IMG/VR virus record: IMGVR_UViG_2901802297_000002
Coordinates: 1-64,000 of that record
Reading direction: 5' to 3' (one strand)
Length of the DNA: 64,000 bases
Source of the DNA: a virus
Taxonomy: Duplodnaviria > Caudoviricetes
In this document: piece by piece, positions 1 through 10,011 of the stretch
Numbering within the stretch: position 1 is the first letter of the stretch
Layout: each line of letters starts with the position of its first letter
Made by a program: the position numbers and the translations under genes
Notes under the pieces: model-generated
Databases searched by the model: none
Told to the model about the DNA's origin: nothing
What the model saw: only the letters and a program-made list of their open reading frames with translations

Positions 1-165
1 TCAGCCCTGTGCGCCGCGCAGGCTTGCGGGCAGCGTGTTGACGCTCACGCCTTCCACCAGCAGGGCTTGGCCGTTGCGGGGGGCTGCAATGCATAGGCTG
101 CGTTTTTCCAGCCGCTCTACAATCAGATCGGCCAGCCGGATGAGTTCGCGTTCAGTCATGAACAT
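1..165 (-). CDS. Small conserved lysis-module protein (54 aa, MFMTERELIRLADLIVERLE...VNTLPASLRGAQG)
   Basis: Manual translation (not in ORF track); clear similarity to the ORF at 37464-37637. Confidence 0.7.
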   Translation of the reverse strand: MFMTERELIRLADLIVERLEKRSLCIAAPRNGQALLVEGVSVNTLPASLRGAQG

Positions 166-201
166 GATGTCGCTTTCAGTAGGAATTTTTCAGGAATCGG
201 A

Positions 202-663
202 TCAGCTGGCCCACAGCTGCCATTCGGCACGCCGCCGCAGCGTCAAACCGGCTACGGTGATCAACTGGCCATTGCGGTGCATGTGGTTCCACAGCAGCAA
301 CTGATTGCGGGCGGCATTTCCCTGCCCTGCGTTCAGCAGTTTCAGCAGTGTGGAACCTGCCAGCGCGGGCAATCCGAGGTTGTAGGTAAAGTCCAATAGC
401 GCGGCCTGCTGGCCAGATGTCAGCGGCACACGCACCAGCCGCAGGATCTGCGACAACAGCTTGGCCAGCGTGCCTTGCAGCAAGGCATTGGCGTATTCGG
501 CCGTAATGGGCGCGGTGCTGGCTGTTACGGCGGCCCCGTTGGCCAGAAACCGGCTGCCATAGCCGATTGTCCAATACCCGGCTGGGCACACATACGGGCA
601 CAGGCGCAGGCCTTCAGACCGGCGGCACAGATCTGCCGCCAGCAGGATCGGATCATTCATCAA
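202..663 (-). CDS. Endolysin, GH24 phage lysozyme
   Basis: EGLRLCPYVCPAGYWTIGYG (E-x8-C-x5-T triad), FTYNLG, GLTLRRRAE. Confidence 0.93.
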   Translation of the reverse strand: MMNDPILLAADLCRRSEGLRLCPYVCPAGYWTIGYGSRFLANGAAVTASTAPITAEYANALLQGTLAKLLSQILRLVRVPLTSGQQAALLDFTYNLGLPALAGSTLLKLLNAGQGNAARNQLLLWNHMHRNGQLITVAGLTLRRRAEWQLWAS

Positions 664-675
664 TTTTCCGGATAC

Positions 676-699
676 AAAAAAGTCCGCTCAATGGCGGCC
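676..699 (-). terminator. Terminator-like hairpin plus U-tract upstream of lysozyme
   Basis: CCGC-loop-GCGG followed by a T-run on the minus strand; related to hairpins at 10789 and 12086. Confidence 0.45.
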
Positions 700-755
700 G
701 GAGTGAAAACAAAATGTGATTGACCAGACTCGGACGGTCACATTTGATGAGGCGC

Positions 756-998
756 ATGACGCCTACTGAGAAACTTGTTCATAATGAGCGGCTTAAGCTA
801 CGCGCTAATGCCCTGAATACTTTGGGAACATCCTACTTCACTATCGGTGCGTTAGCTCCATTAGTGAATTTAACGTTTGGAAGTCCTGCACATACACAGC
901 CATGGTATATATATGTATTGTTCCTAGTCAGCTTTAGTGCTGGTGGAATAAGGTTACATAAACTTGGCCAACAAACATTGAATGGATTGATAGGATGA
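756..998 (+). CDS. Small two-TM membrane protein (moron) inserted antisense in the lysis cassette
   Basis: AT-rich ORF with two hydrophobic segments; TTGACC inside an inverted repeat upstream; start uncertain. Confidence 0.7.
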   Translation: MTPTEKLVHNERLKLRANALNTLGTSYFTIGALAPLVNLTFGSPAHTQPWYIYVLFLVSFSAGGIRLHKLGQQTLNGLIG

Positions 999-1246
999 CA
1001 ACAGCAGGATGGATTGCATTTATCTGCTTCCCCCTCGTATCCGTAGTTCTTATTGAGATATGGAACCGCCTTACGGTCAAAAAGCTGTAAGGCACCCACA
1101 TATCTGTTCAACATGGACGAGTTTACAGGTGATCTGGCCCGGATTAGTCCACCGGAGCACAAAACCCGCAGAAAACAGCCCTTTGCAGTGGGCTTATACG
1201 TTGGCAGGTTTTCGTGGTCAGGTTTACAAAAGCCGGTTTTTGGTTG

Positions 1247-1459
1247 TCACGGGTGCATATGCTGGAGCGCCTGAACAATCCCGCTGCCTAGGGCAGAGCC
1301 AAAAATAACCAGGCCGCCATTCACCCATGTCTTGCGGTTGTTGATCCGCTTCAGTTCCGTCCAGATATTGGCGATGCCGGTCTCCAGCGTAGAAAACTTG
1401 CCGTTCACGCTGGTTTCAAACGCAACAAATTCATCCTGCCGCACCACATCATCAGGCAT
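1247..1459 (-). CDS. Holin-like/XhlA-like protein (coiled coil plus C-terminal TM)
   Basis: AAGGA RBS; position between tail and endolysin; C-terminal hydrophobic helix. Confidence 0.65.
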   Translation of the reverse strand: MPDDVVRQDEFVAFETSVNGKFSTLETGIANIWTELKRINNRKTWVNGGLVIFGSALGSGIVQALQHMHP

Positions 1460-1492
1460 GATACTCTTCCTTTCAGGCATAAAAAAAACGGC

Positions 1493-2302
1493 CTAAAGCC
1501 GCTCGGTAATGGTGAAGCTGGTTTGCTGCCGCAGGGCAGCGCCATAAGGGTTGCTCAGATCACCGCGCTGGATGCGGCCAAACAGGCTGCGCAGATTCAG
1601 CGTGGGGCTATCGGCATCCGGATCAGGAACAAACAGCACATTGGCGCCAGATGCCCCCAGCAGCAGGATCTGTTCCAGCACCGGCACGTCCGCCAGATCC
1701 AAGGATTCATGATCCACCACAGCTTTGCGCCGCATCCATGCCGGGGTAACAAACTCGGCCCCGCTCATGCCGGTATTCACCGTCACGGAACTGTCCAACC
1801 CGGTGGTGCTCTTGGTGCTCATGTTGCGCACCGGCTGCCACACCGGCCCGATATAGGCCAGAGACAGGGAAATATAGCTTTCCGATACGCTGCCATTGCT
1901 GGTGACGGTGATCTTGACCGTATCGACCTGAATGTCCTGCGGTGCCACATGCACCATCTGCACCGGGCCAACACCGCCTAGCGTGGCAAAGCTGCCAGAG
2001 GCAGAATACACCGTGTTGCCGCCAGAACTGGCCACAAGCTGCCATGTTGCGGCTTGGCCAAGGTTAGTGCGCCCCACAAAGAAGGCCCGCATGGTCTGGG
2101 CACTGCCCCATTGCGCCTGAAACCATGCTGTGTTGTTGCTATCCCCAACAGACCAGAACGCCGCCGTGGTGTTGCCCTGGTCTGTGGCCAACTGATTCGG
2201 TGAGAAATCCTTGGCGGCCGAAACGCCTGCATAGAATGAAGCGGATCCGCTAAGGTTGGCGGTCTTGATCAGATTGTTCAGGCCGAAAGCACAATTCTGC
2301 AT
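1493..2302 (-). CDS. Tail tip protein
   Basis: Coupled (TGATG) to upstream tail gene; beta-rich; ends in ...FTITERL. Confidence 0.7.
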   Translation of the reverse strand: MQNCAFGLNNLIKTANLSGSASFYAGVSAAKDFSPNQLATDQGNTTAAFWSVGDSNNTAWFQAQWGSAQTMRAFFVGRTNLGQAATWQLVASSGGNTVYSASGSFATLGGVGPVQMVHVAPQDIQVDTVKITVTSNGSVSESYISLSLAYIGPVWQPVRNMSTKSTTGLDSSVTVNTGMSGAEFVTPAWMRRKAVVDHESLDLADVPVLEQILLLGASGANVLFVPDPDADSPTLNLRSLFGRIQRGDLSNPYGAALRQQTSFTITERL

Positions 2303-3894
2303 CAGACCAGCACCGTCAGCACGCACTGGCCTGCGCTAGAGCCGCGCCAGCTTTCACCCACAACCAGACCGCCCAGGCCATCGCGCAAGCCGTCCACATT
2401 GGCAAACAGCACAATCTCATCCCCCATTTCAAAATCAAACAGGCGTTCAAACGGCAGCGTGACGTAAAACACGCGCCGGTCTGCCACCGTCCACAGTTTG
2501 TTAATGACATCGGCTACCACCTGCGCTCCAGCCTGCGTGCGCAAGCTCGTCAGCACTTCGGGCGGGCTGACCACTTCTACCGTTGGGCTATCTGTGCCTA
2601 CTGTCACCGCGCTGCGCTGTGTGCGCAGGGTGGACAGATCTGCCTTCGGGCTGAGCGTGCTGGTGCTCATCACGGTATAATTGCGGCTATAGGTGCAACG
2701 CCCGCAGGTGAGAGGCAGCGCCAGTTCGGACGGCAGATCCGTTTCCTTGATGTCAATCACCTCATCAGGAAGCACCGCCAGCTTTTCCCACTGATGCGGC
2801 ACCAGCTGCAAAAAGCTGTCTGTAATGCCGATCAGCTTCAGCGTGCCATCTCGTGCAACAGCCAGCTTGCGCATGGTGCCTTGCAACAGGGCGGTGATCA
2901 TGTCCTGCCCGGTATAGCTGTCAGAGCCATCCCAGAACGCACCGGCAGCACTCTCCACCTTGCCGAACGGATCTGCCCATGTGCTGGAAATGGATGCGGC
3001 CGGGATGCCGATATCCTGCACCAGCACCTGCCGCACAATATCCGGCAAGCTGGACACATAGGTGCCATCGGGCATTACCCCGGTTGCCCAGCAGGTAATG
3101 GTATAAACTGGCGTGCCACCCAGCCGGAAAAACGCGCCCCGGCTGGAGCTTTCCACAACATAGGTGCCAGCGGCCGGATCTGCGGTGGTGATATCACTGA
3201 CCATGCCCGCATATGACCAGCCGCCATCTGTTGCGGGTGCAGACCAAGCCCCCAGCACGCCGCCCTCCAGCACGGTCAGATCCGGCTGTGTGCCCTGCGT
3301 GCCCATCCAGAACGGCCCATCAGACACCTGATAGATCTGATTGACGCTATCCACACAAACAGGCGTGATATTGAAGGCATAACCCCGCAGGCGCGGCTTT
3401 ACCCGGCCTGTCAGGTCTGATCCACCTTCCACGCCGCCAGTGCCAGCATAGGTTGCCAGTGGCAACTGGCGTGAAAGCACGGCAGGCCCGGAAAGTGTCA
3501 GCGTGCCTTGCGTGGCTCCGGTGCGCCATGCGGTGGCGGATCCGGTAAACAGAGGCTGGCACGCAGAAAGCACCGGATCTGACCACCAGCCGCGTGCCAT
3601 GTCATAACTGCGCAGGCCGGTCAGGATAGACAGATCTCCGGTATGGTTACGCACGTTCATGCTATCGGCCACGCCATCGGACAGATTGACCGTAAGCTGC
3701 CCGAACGATTGCGTCATGCTGCTACCGGAAATTGAAATATCCAGTTCCCTGTCCACGTCAGGCAGGCTTGCCAGAATGGGCAGATATTTCGTGCCGGTGG
3801 CAACATCCACATACCCGCCAGAAGACAGGCATGTGGTCGTGCGGGAAGCCGCAGGCCCGAAGGCCAGCGTTCCCAGAAAACAGCGTTGCTGCAT
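2302..3894 (-). CDS. Tail tip/hub protein
   Basis: Directly after TMP; YAGTGGVEGG..GRVKP..G motif typical of alphaproteobacterial siphophage tail proteins. Confidence 0.75.
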   Translation of the reverse strand: MQQRCFLGTLAFGPAASRTTTCLSSGGYVDVATGTKYLPILASLPDVDRELDISISGSSMTQSFGQLTVNLSDGVADSMNVRNHTGDLSILTGLRSYDMARGWWSDPVLSACQPLFTGSATAWRTGATQGTLTLSGPAVLSRQLPLATYAGTGGVEGGSDLTGRVKPRLRGYAFNITPVCVDSVNQIYQVSDGPFWMGTQGTQPDLTVLEGGVLGAWSAPATDGGWSYAGMVSDITTADPAAGTYVVESSSRGAFFRLGGTPVYTITCWATGVMPDGTYVSSLPDIVRQVLVQDIGIPAASISSTWADPFGKVESAAGAFWDGSDSYTGQDMITALLQGTMRKLAVARDGTLKLIGITDSFLQLVPHQWEKLAVLPDEVIDIKETDLPSELALPLTCGRCTYSRNYTVMSTSTLSPKADLSTLRTQRSAVTVGTDSPTVEVVSPPEVLTSLRTQAGAQVVADVINKLWTVADRRVFYVTLPFERLFDFEMGDEIVLFANVDGLRDGLGGLVVGESWRGSSAGQCVLTVLV

Positions 3895-3909
3895 TATGGT
3901 GATATCCCG

Positions 3910-6900
3910 TTACGCTGCGGCTTTGAGGTTCTGGAACCGTGTTTCCGCAAACAGGTTATTCGTGGCCTGCAGGATCTGCTGCAAGATGCTGGCCAGCGTG
4001 GTGGTGCTGTCCTGCATGATGTCCCGCATGGCGTCTGCTGTCAGGGCATCTGTGTTCATGCTGCCAAGAGATTTCAGCATGTTTAGAACATCCTGATAAT
4101 CTTCCACATAGGCTGCCCCTCCCCCGTTATATTTCTGGGATAGGGACAGATATGTCTGCATATCGGTCTGTAGGGATGCCAGAGCCGTGCTGTTGCCACC
4201 CATGGCCGCCTGATAATCCGTGTGCAGATTATCATTGGCCGCCTTGTACTGATCCTCAACAGACAAAGGCGAAGCGTCAGACGTATCCAGTCCTTTTGCG
4301 TAGGACAGAAGATTGCTGAACACGCTGGAAACCTGCTCGTTGGCCTGATCCTGATATTCCTTTTGCTGCTCTAAAGCCTTTTCCTGATACTCGGTTTGTA
4401 TCTGAAGACGCTCGGCAGCCTGTGTCTTTTCAAGATCCGCCAGCTGCTGCTGATAGGTCACATTGTCCGCATAGTTATCACCCAGGAATCCGCGCCAGTT
4501 CTCCTGCAGCTGCTGCACTTCCTGCGCGGCGGATACCTGCTGATTGAGCAGATCTGCGCCTTCCTGATCACCTGTGGCAGACAGATAACGCGCCTGTACA
4601 GACTGATCAGATTGCGAAAGCGTGGTCTGCTCATTGGCAATCATGGCAGCAGCAATAGCATTGCCCTTATCCAGCAACGCTTGGGCATCCAGACCGTAGG
4701 ATGCGGCCGTGTTGGCGGCGTCCTGATATTTGGCCTTAAGATCATCAACCTGCTGCATCAGGCTTTCGGAACCTGTAGCCGTGACATTCAGCAGCCCCGG
4801 CATTGTGGTGCCCACAAATTCCTCAATGGCCTCAAACTTGCTTTGCAGGTCATCTACGGAATAGGTGCCACCATCCAGCGTTGAAAGTGCCTTGGCCATA
4901 TCCCCCGTGTAGCCGGTGAAATGATCCACCGTAACATGGCTGGAATCATCAAACTTTGAGACAGACACTTTCATGCTGTCCAGTTCATCCGCCAGAGATT
5001 TCAGGCTTTCCAGATCCTGCGTGAACGTATCCACGCTATCGAAACTGGATGGCATGAGCTGCTTCAGCTCCTGCTGCATGGTGGTGTCTGAACTGGTCAG
5101 ATCCAGATCAGGCAGCAGATCTGTCAGGCTGTAGGTGTGGGATTTCTTGCCCTTTTTAGACCATCCCACCTTGCCGATGGTACCCGTGTTTGTGGCAGAA
5201 ACCCCGGTATATCCAAACACATTGTTGATGCTGTCCAGATCACTTTGCAGGCCAGATGCCACATTATCATTGCCATGGATATGCTTGTATACATGGCCAC
5301 TGATATCCAGCATCCCATCGCTGCCTACGGAAACATACTGATAATCCTTCTTCCTTTTGGCAAAGAGCTGCGACAGAAGATTGTAGGCCATATCACCAAT
5401 GCCGAAGGCCGCACCTGCCATGCCCATGTAAGAGCCGATGGAAGAAACAGCACTGCCAACGCTGCTGAATATCCCGCTACCATCAGCTGCCTTTCCAGAA
5501 AACAGGTTTTCCAGACCTGAAAACATGCCGCCACTTTTTGCAGCTGATCCGGCTGGATTGCTGATCTGGTTTTTGACATTCAGGGCTTCCCATGGGGAAT
5601 ATGCCCAGCCGGATGATGTGATGTCGTTCCCTTCACCATATCCGGACAGAATGCTGCTGGCACTGGAAGCATTGCTACCTGCGCCAACTTTACCAAATAG
5701 ATTACCTAGATCTGCCAGAGTGGTACGCGTGCCGCCATCAATGCTGTTGAGCAGCGGATTGATAAGGGCAAAGCGTGCAATCACACTGGCAACAGATGCT
5801 TCCACACCTTGCAACATGCTTTTGAAAGACATGCCGCTAGATGTGCCCTGCATGAAGCCCTGCACCACGCCATCGGACAGCTGATCCGCCATATCGCTGA
5901 TAGAGCCGGTGAAATCATCCATCACCTGCTGCTGATGCTCATACTCGGTAGAAGCTTCAGCAATTTTTGTGCTCAGATCAACATAGTCCTGTGCTTCCTG
6001 CGGCAGAACGATGCCGAATTTGCGGTGTTTCTGAATTTCTGCCTGCATGCGGGCCAACGCAACAGAACGTGCATCTGCATTCTGTCCGATACTGGCCGTT
6101 TGGGCCTGTATCATGCTCAGATTGTCTTGCAGGCCGCTATTCTGCTGCGCCTGCTCAAACCGGGCCTGTGCGTCTGTCTCGCTGTTCAGCGCGGCCGTGC
6201 GGGCTTTCACAGCTTCGGCAAACGCCTGCGATTTCGGGTCAAAATCCTCCAGTGCCTCATTATAGGCTTGCTGATAGTTTGTGGCGTGCTGGATAGCCTG
6301 CTCATCAGAACCGGCAACAGACAGCATAGCTGTCTGTGCCTGGGCCTGCCGCTGCACAGCCACCGTGCCATCATTATATGCGGCCGCCAACTGCTGCTGT
6401 TTGGCAGCAAGCGCCTGTGACAGTGCCGCCTGATCCACACCAGTGCCACGCGCCTCGGTATCAAACTGCGCCACCACTTCCGCCATGCTGCGCCAGTAAC
6501 CACTTTGAGCAGAAAGCCCCTCATTCTGGTCTTTCATGCCCTGGGTGATCTGTTCCTGCGGGCTAAGGGTATTTGCCAACTGAACACGCGCCTGGGTGAT
6601 GCGTTCCGTGGTTTCCTGCCACGCCTTGGATCCAGCCGTCTGCGTTGTCAGCAGCTTTTGCTGTGACTCAATATAGGCGCTGATTTCCGCACGGCTTTGC
6701 GTATAGCTGGACGTGCTGAAGCCACCAGCTGCATCCGCAGCGCCTCCTGTGAGAGACTTCTGATCATCAATCACGGCCGCAGATGTGGCATGATCCACGG
6801 GTGCAACGCTGGTGGGCTTGCTCACCCGTTGATCATACTGGTAGCCGCCACTTTCCTGTAGGGCGATCTTACGCACCACATTGGAAAGCCCATCATCCAG

Positions 6901-9285
6901 ATTGAAATGGCCGCTTTCCTGCTTGATCAGTGCATCGGAATCAGATGGCAGCCTGCTCAGATCCTGCCCATACACACTGGCCGCATACTGGCGGCCACCA
7001 GCAGAACCCACCTTGAAGCCACCATACAACGCCAGAGCATTGTCCAGATTGCCGCCTGTCTGATGCAGGAAATTCTGGAAGCGCGTGATGCCTTCATCCA
7101 CATTTCCCTTGGCGGTGCTGACATCATATTTTGGCGTGAACGCCGTATTAACCTGCATCATCCCGACCATTTCGGGATGCTTGTCGTTTTGCAGAACCTT
7201 GGTGCCCGCCAAGCCACCTGTGGTCTTTTCCGCAGGAATGGGCAGAGATAGAAGAGACGTGATGCTGTTGAGCAGCTTGGTGCCCATTGCCAGCGCCAGA
7301 TCCTGAATGGCATCCACAAGCGGTGATGTCTGCTTGCGCAGCTTTTCCACAGCCTGCTGGAATGGTGTCAGCCCCTGCTCAGCTGCATCCTTTGTGCTGG
7401 CCGTTAGATGCTGCATGACAAGCGCATACGCCTTGCCCTGCTCACCCGCTTCCTGCAACCGTTTCACCTGCTCCACAAGCTGGGCATCCACGCCCGGAAG
7501 GTGCTGCTGGTAAAGCGCCTGAATTTCGGCCGTGGGATCCACCATGGCGGTTTGCACCGACTTCAGCCCATCTTCCAAAGAGCCAAAAACAGCACCGGCA
7601 TCCTGTGCCACCTTGGCGAGTGCCTCAATATCGGACGTGCCGCCCGTGAAATTGTAGGTGCTGCCAATGGTTGTGGCCGCCTGCCGTGCCGTGGTTTTAT
7701 CCCACCCCGGCATCTTCTCCAGGCTATCGGCCGCAGAAGTGATACTATCGGCCATGTTATTGGCGTCAGAACGAGTGGCCCGCAGCTGCTGGCTCAGTTT
7801 GGCCAGCTTGCTTTCTTCCTCTTCCGCATACGCGCCCATCTTATAGAACGCCATGCCCGCAGCGCCTGCGGCAACAGCAATGCCAGCCGGGCCGGTCAGG
7901 GCATTTTTCAGCATGGACAGGCCAGCGCCATAGCCACCGCTACCACCTGCGATTGCAAGGGCATTGGGCGCTTCATAAAACAGCGCCTGCAATGGATTGC
8001 CGCCTGCCAGCACCATATCGGCAAACTTGTGAACATCATCCACAATTTCCGTGATCTGGTAGGCTTCCAGCTTGCCGGATTTTGTGGATTTCTGCTGCGC
8101 CTCATCAAGATCGGATTGCGCTTTGGCCGCTTCCAGCAAGGCATCCCTTTGCGCCTGTAACGCCTCAACCTTGTCCTTGGCGTCCTGCACAACGCTCTGC
8201 TTGACTTGCGGATCCAGCTTATCATCAGGAACGGTGGCGGCTTGCGCCACGACATCGTCATACCGATCCTGTGCGGACATAAGCTGCAACATGACTTTGG
8301 CCAACTGGCTGGCTGCACGTCCTGTCCGCAAAAAGCTGGTCGCGCTCTTGTCCAGGCCAACCTGCAAGCCTGCGTTTATTTCTTGCGACACATTGCCAAT
8401 ATCGGACAACTCACCCGCAACAAGGCCTGCATCGCCCTTGATGTCGTTCAGGCTTTCCTTGAGCTTGTCCTGCTCCTGAAGCGTTTCGGACAGATCTGGA
8501 GCCTGAATATCCACGGTGCCGGAAACATCAGCATGCACATCTGGAGTCGTGATACCGTCCAGAGCATTCTGACCGGTTTCAGCCATGCGCTGCATATCGT
8601 TCATGCCGGATGTAACAGCTTCAGAAACCTGATCCATGGCATCAGGCAGCTTTTCGGCCGTAGATGTCAGATCACCAAATTCCTGGCCAACATCCGCCAA
8701 TGCATCTGCCTGTTTCTCAGCTTCTGCAGCCCCCTTGGCCATGGCAACGGTTGTTCTGTCCAATGCCTGCGCACGGTTGCCTTCTGCTTCGCGGATGCCG
8801 TTTATCAGGGCATTCTGTTCATTCAGCTGGCCGTTCCATGCCTTTTGCCCGGTAGCAGCGGCCTGCAAATTGCTTTGAACTGTTTTCAGTTCGCTCCCTA
8901 CGCGGCCAATCTGGCTTTCTACCTGCTCCAGATTTTCCGTGATGCCAGAGGTATCAAGCCCCTCATCCGTTGCTTTCTGGAAATCTGCCCGCAGGCTGTC
9001 ACGCTGCGCACTCAGGGCAAGTAGCTGCTTGGTCAAGCTATTCACACGAGAAGCAGCCTGCGTGCCCAGCTTTTCAAAAGAGCCTGCCGCTGCATCAGCG
9101 CCTTCTGCCAGCGTATCTGTGGCAGTTTTTGATGCTTTCCCCACGCCAGACATGACATCCGTCAGCGCCACGCCCTTTTCGGCAACCCCATCCAGATGAT
9201 CGCCAGCACTCTTTGTCGCACTCTCGGTCTGATCAACTGCTGTGATCTCAACCTCTAGCGATTCAACCAGATCTGTGTCTGCCAT
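3910..9285 (-). CDS. Tail tape measure protein with embedded (permuted) lytic transglycosylase domain
   Basis: 1791 aa, Ala/Gln-rich helical; GGNPLQAL motif; SLT motifs at 6829-7200. Confidence 0.92.
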   Translation of the reverse strand: MADTDLVESLEVEITAVDQTESATKSAGDHLDGVAEKGVALTDVMSGVGKASKTATDTLAEGADAAAGSFEKLGTQAASRVNSLTKQLLALSAQRDSLRADFQKATDEGLDTSGITENLEQVESQIGRVGSELKTVQSNLQAAATGQKAWNGQLNEQNALINGIREAEGNRAQALDRTTVAMAKGAAEAEKQADALADVGQEFGDLTSTAEKLPDAMDQVSEAVTSGMNDMQRMAETGQNALDGITTPDVHADVSGTVDIQAPDLSETLQEQDKLKESLNDIKGDAGLVAGELSDIGNVSQEINAGLQVGLDKSATSFLRTGRAASQLAKVMLQLMSAQDRYDDVVAQAATVPDDKLDPQVKQSVVQDAKDKVEALQAQRDALLEAAKAQSDLDEAQQKSTKSGKLEAYQITEIVDDVHKFADMVLAGGNPLQALFYEAPNALAIAGGSGGYGAGLSMLKNALTGPAGIAVAAGAAGMAFYKMGAYAEEEESKLAKLSQQLRATRSDANNMADSITSAADSLEKMPGWDKTTARQAATTIGSTYNFTGGTSDIEALAKVAQDAGAVFGSLEDGLKSVQTAMVDPTAEIQALYQQHLPGVDAQLVEQVKRLQEAGEQGKAYALVMQHLTASTKDAAEQGLTPFQQAVEKLRKQTSPLVDAIQDLALAMGTKLLNSITSLLSLPIPAEKTTGGLAGTKVLQNDKHPEMVGMMQVNTAFTPKYDVSTAKGNVDEGITRFQNFLHQTGGNLDNALALYGGFKVGSAGGRQYAASVYGQDLSRLPSDSDALIKQESGHFNLDDGLSNVVRKIALQESGGYQYDQRVSKPTSVAPVDHATSAAVIDDQKSLTGGAADAAGGFSTSSYTQSRAEISAYIESQQKLLTTQTAGSKAWQETTERITQARVQLANTLSPQEQITQGMKDQNEGLSAQSGYWRSMAEVVAQFDTEARGTGVDQAALSQALAAKQQQLAAAYNDGTVAVQRQAQAQTAMLSVAGSDEQAIQHATNYQQAYNEALEDFDPKSQAFAEAVKARTAALNSETDAQARFEQAQQNSGLQDNLSMIQAQTASIGQNADARSVALARMQAEIQKHRKFGIVLPQEAQDYVDLSTKIAEASTEYEHQQQVMDDFTGSISDMADQLSDGVVQGFMQGTSSGMSFKSMLQGVEASVASVIARFALINPLLNSIDGGTRTTLADLGNLFGKVGAGSNASSASSILSGYGEGNDITSSGWAYSPWEALNVKNQISNPAGSAAKSGGMFSGLENLFSGKAADGSGIFSSVGSAVSSIGSYMGMAGAAFGIGDMAYNLLSQLFAKRKKDYQYVSVGSDGMLDISGHVYKHIHGNDNVASGLQSDLDSINNVFGYTGVSATNTGTIGKVGWSKKGKKSHTYSLTDLLPDLDLTSSDTTMQQELKQLMPSSFDSVDTFTQDLESLKSLADELDSMKVSVSKFDDSSHVTVDHFTGYTGDMAKALSTLDGGTYSVDDLQSKFEAIEEFVGTTMPGLLNVTATGSESLMQQVDDLKAKYQDAANTAASYGLDAQALLDKGNAIAAAMIANEQTTLSQSDQSVQARYLSATGDQEGADLLNQQVSAAQEVQQLQENWRGFLGDNYADNVTYQQQLADLEKTQAAERLQIQTEYQEKALEQQKEYQDQANEQVSSVFSNLLSYAKGLDTSDASPLSVEDQYKAANDNLHTDYQAAMGGNSTALASLQTDMQTYLSLSQKYNGGGAAYVEDYQDVLNMLKSLGSMNTDALTADAMRDIMQDSTTTLASILQQILQATNNLFAETRFQNLKAAA

Positions 9286-9294
9286 GGGAAACCG

Positions 9295-10011
9295 TCACTT
9301 TTCTGTCAGGATCAGCGTGGGGTAGAGCATTTGCTCACCTGCCTGCCGATCAGCCCGCCTGCTCACGTAAGCCGCGTGCTTTTGCGTCCATTCTTTTGCT
9401 TTTTTGTCCCACGAAATACCCGAAGCGATCCCTGCACCACGCAGGATGTAGGGAACAGGCTCGCCACGGGCATCACGTCCACCCTGTAGGGGCTTGAAAG
9501 CACGCTGGGCACGAATGCGCTTGAAGCGGCTCATCAGCGGCCTGCGCACGCCTTCCACAATCCCAGGTGGAACGCTGATGCGCTGGCCGCCCACTTCAAT
9601 CTTGCGGGCATAGGGCATGGTGTTCACAATCCATACCTCTGCGCCCATGGGGATCTTGCCCGGTGCATCCGTCCAGCCCTTGCCGTCCACCAGAACCGCC
9701 CAGCTTTTACGGAATGCGCCACTATGGGCTGGAGACCGCTTGCGCAATTCTGCCAAGGCCCAGACAGTGGCCGCCCCAATGGTGTTGAAAATGTAGGTGA
9801 CATTCCCGCCATTGAGCTTGGCGGCTTCTTCTGGAAGGCCGAGCGTGCCATCCACACGCCGGACATATTGCGCCGATGCTGCACCAGACTGAATGAGATC
9901 ATCCCGCTCTTTGCGGATCCTGTCCCCTACAATCTTGTGCGCGGTCGCACTGGTCATGTTCCGGTTGATGGCAACCCGCATGGGTTTTTGCAGACGTGCG
10001 GCCCAGCTCAT
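9295..10011 (-). CDS. Phage virion morphogenesis/neck protein (HK97 gp10-like)
   Basis: SPAHSGAFRKSW and NTMPYARKIE motifs. Confidence 0.6.
   Translation of the reverse strand: MSWAARLQKPMRVAINRNMTSATAHKIVGDRIRKERDDLIQSGAASAQYVRRVDGTLGLPEEAAKLNGGNVTYIFNTIGAATVWALAELRKRSPAHSGAFRKSWAVLVDGKGWTDAPGKIPMGAEVWIVNTMPYARKIEVGGQRISVPPGIVEGVRRPLMSRFKRIRAQRAFKPLQGGRDARGEPVPYILRGAGIASGISWDKKAKEWTQKHAAYVSRRADRQAGEQMLYPTLILTEK

Noticed and set aside
1001-1246. Short ORFs between the moron and the holin
   Set aside because: No RBS or motif support in any frame; possibly a remnant.
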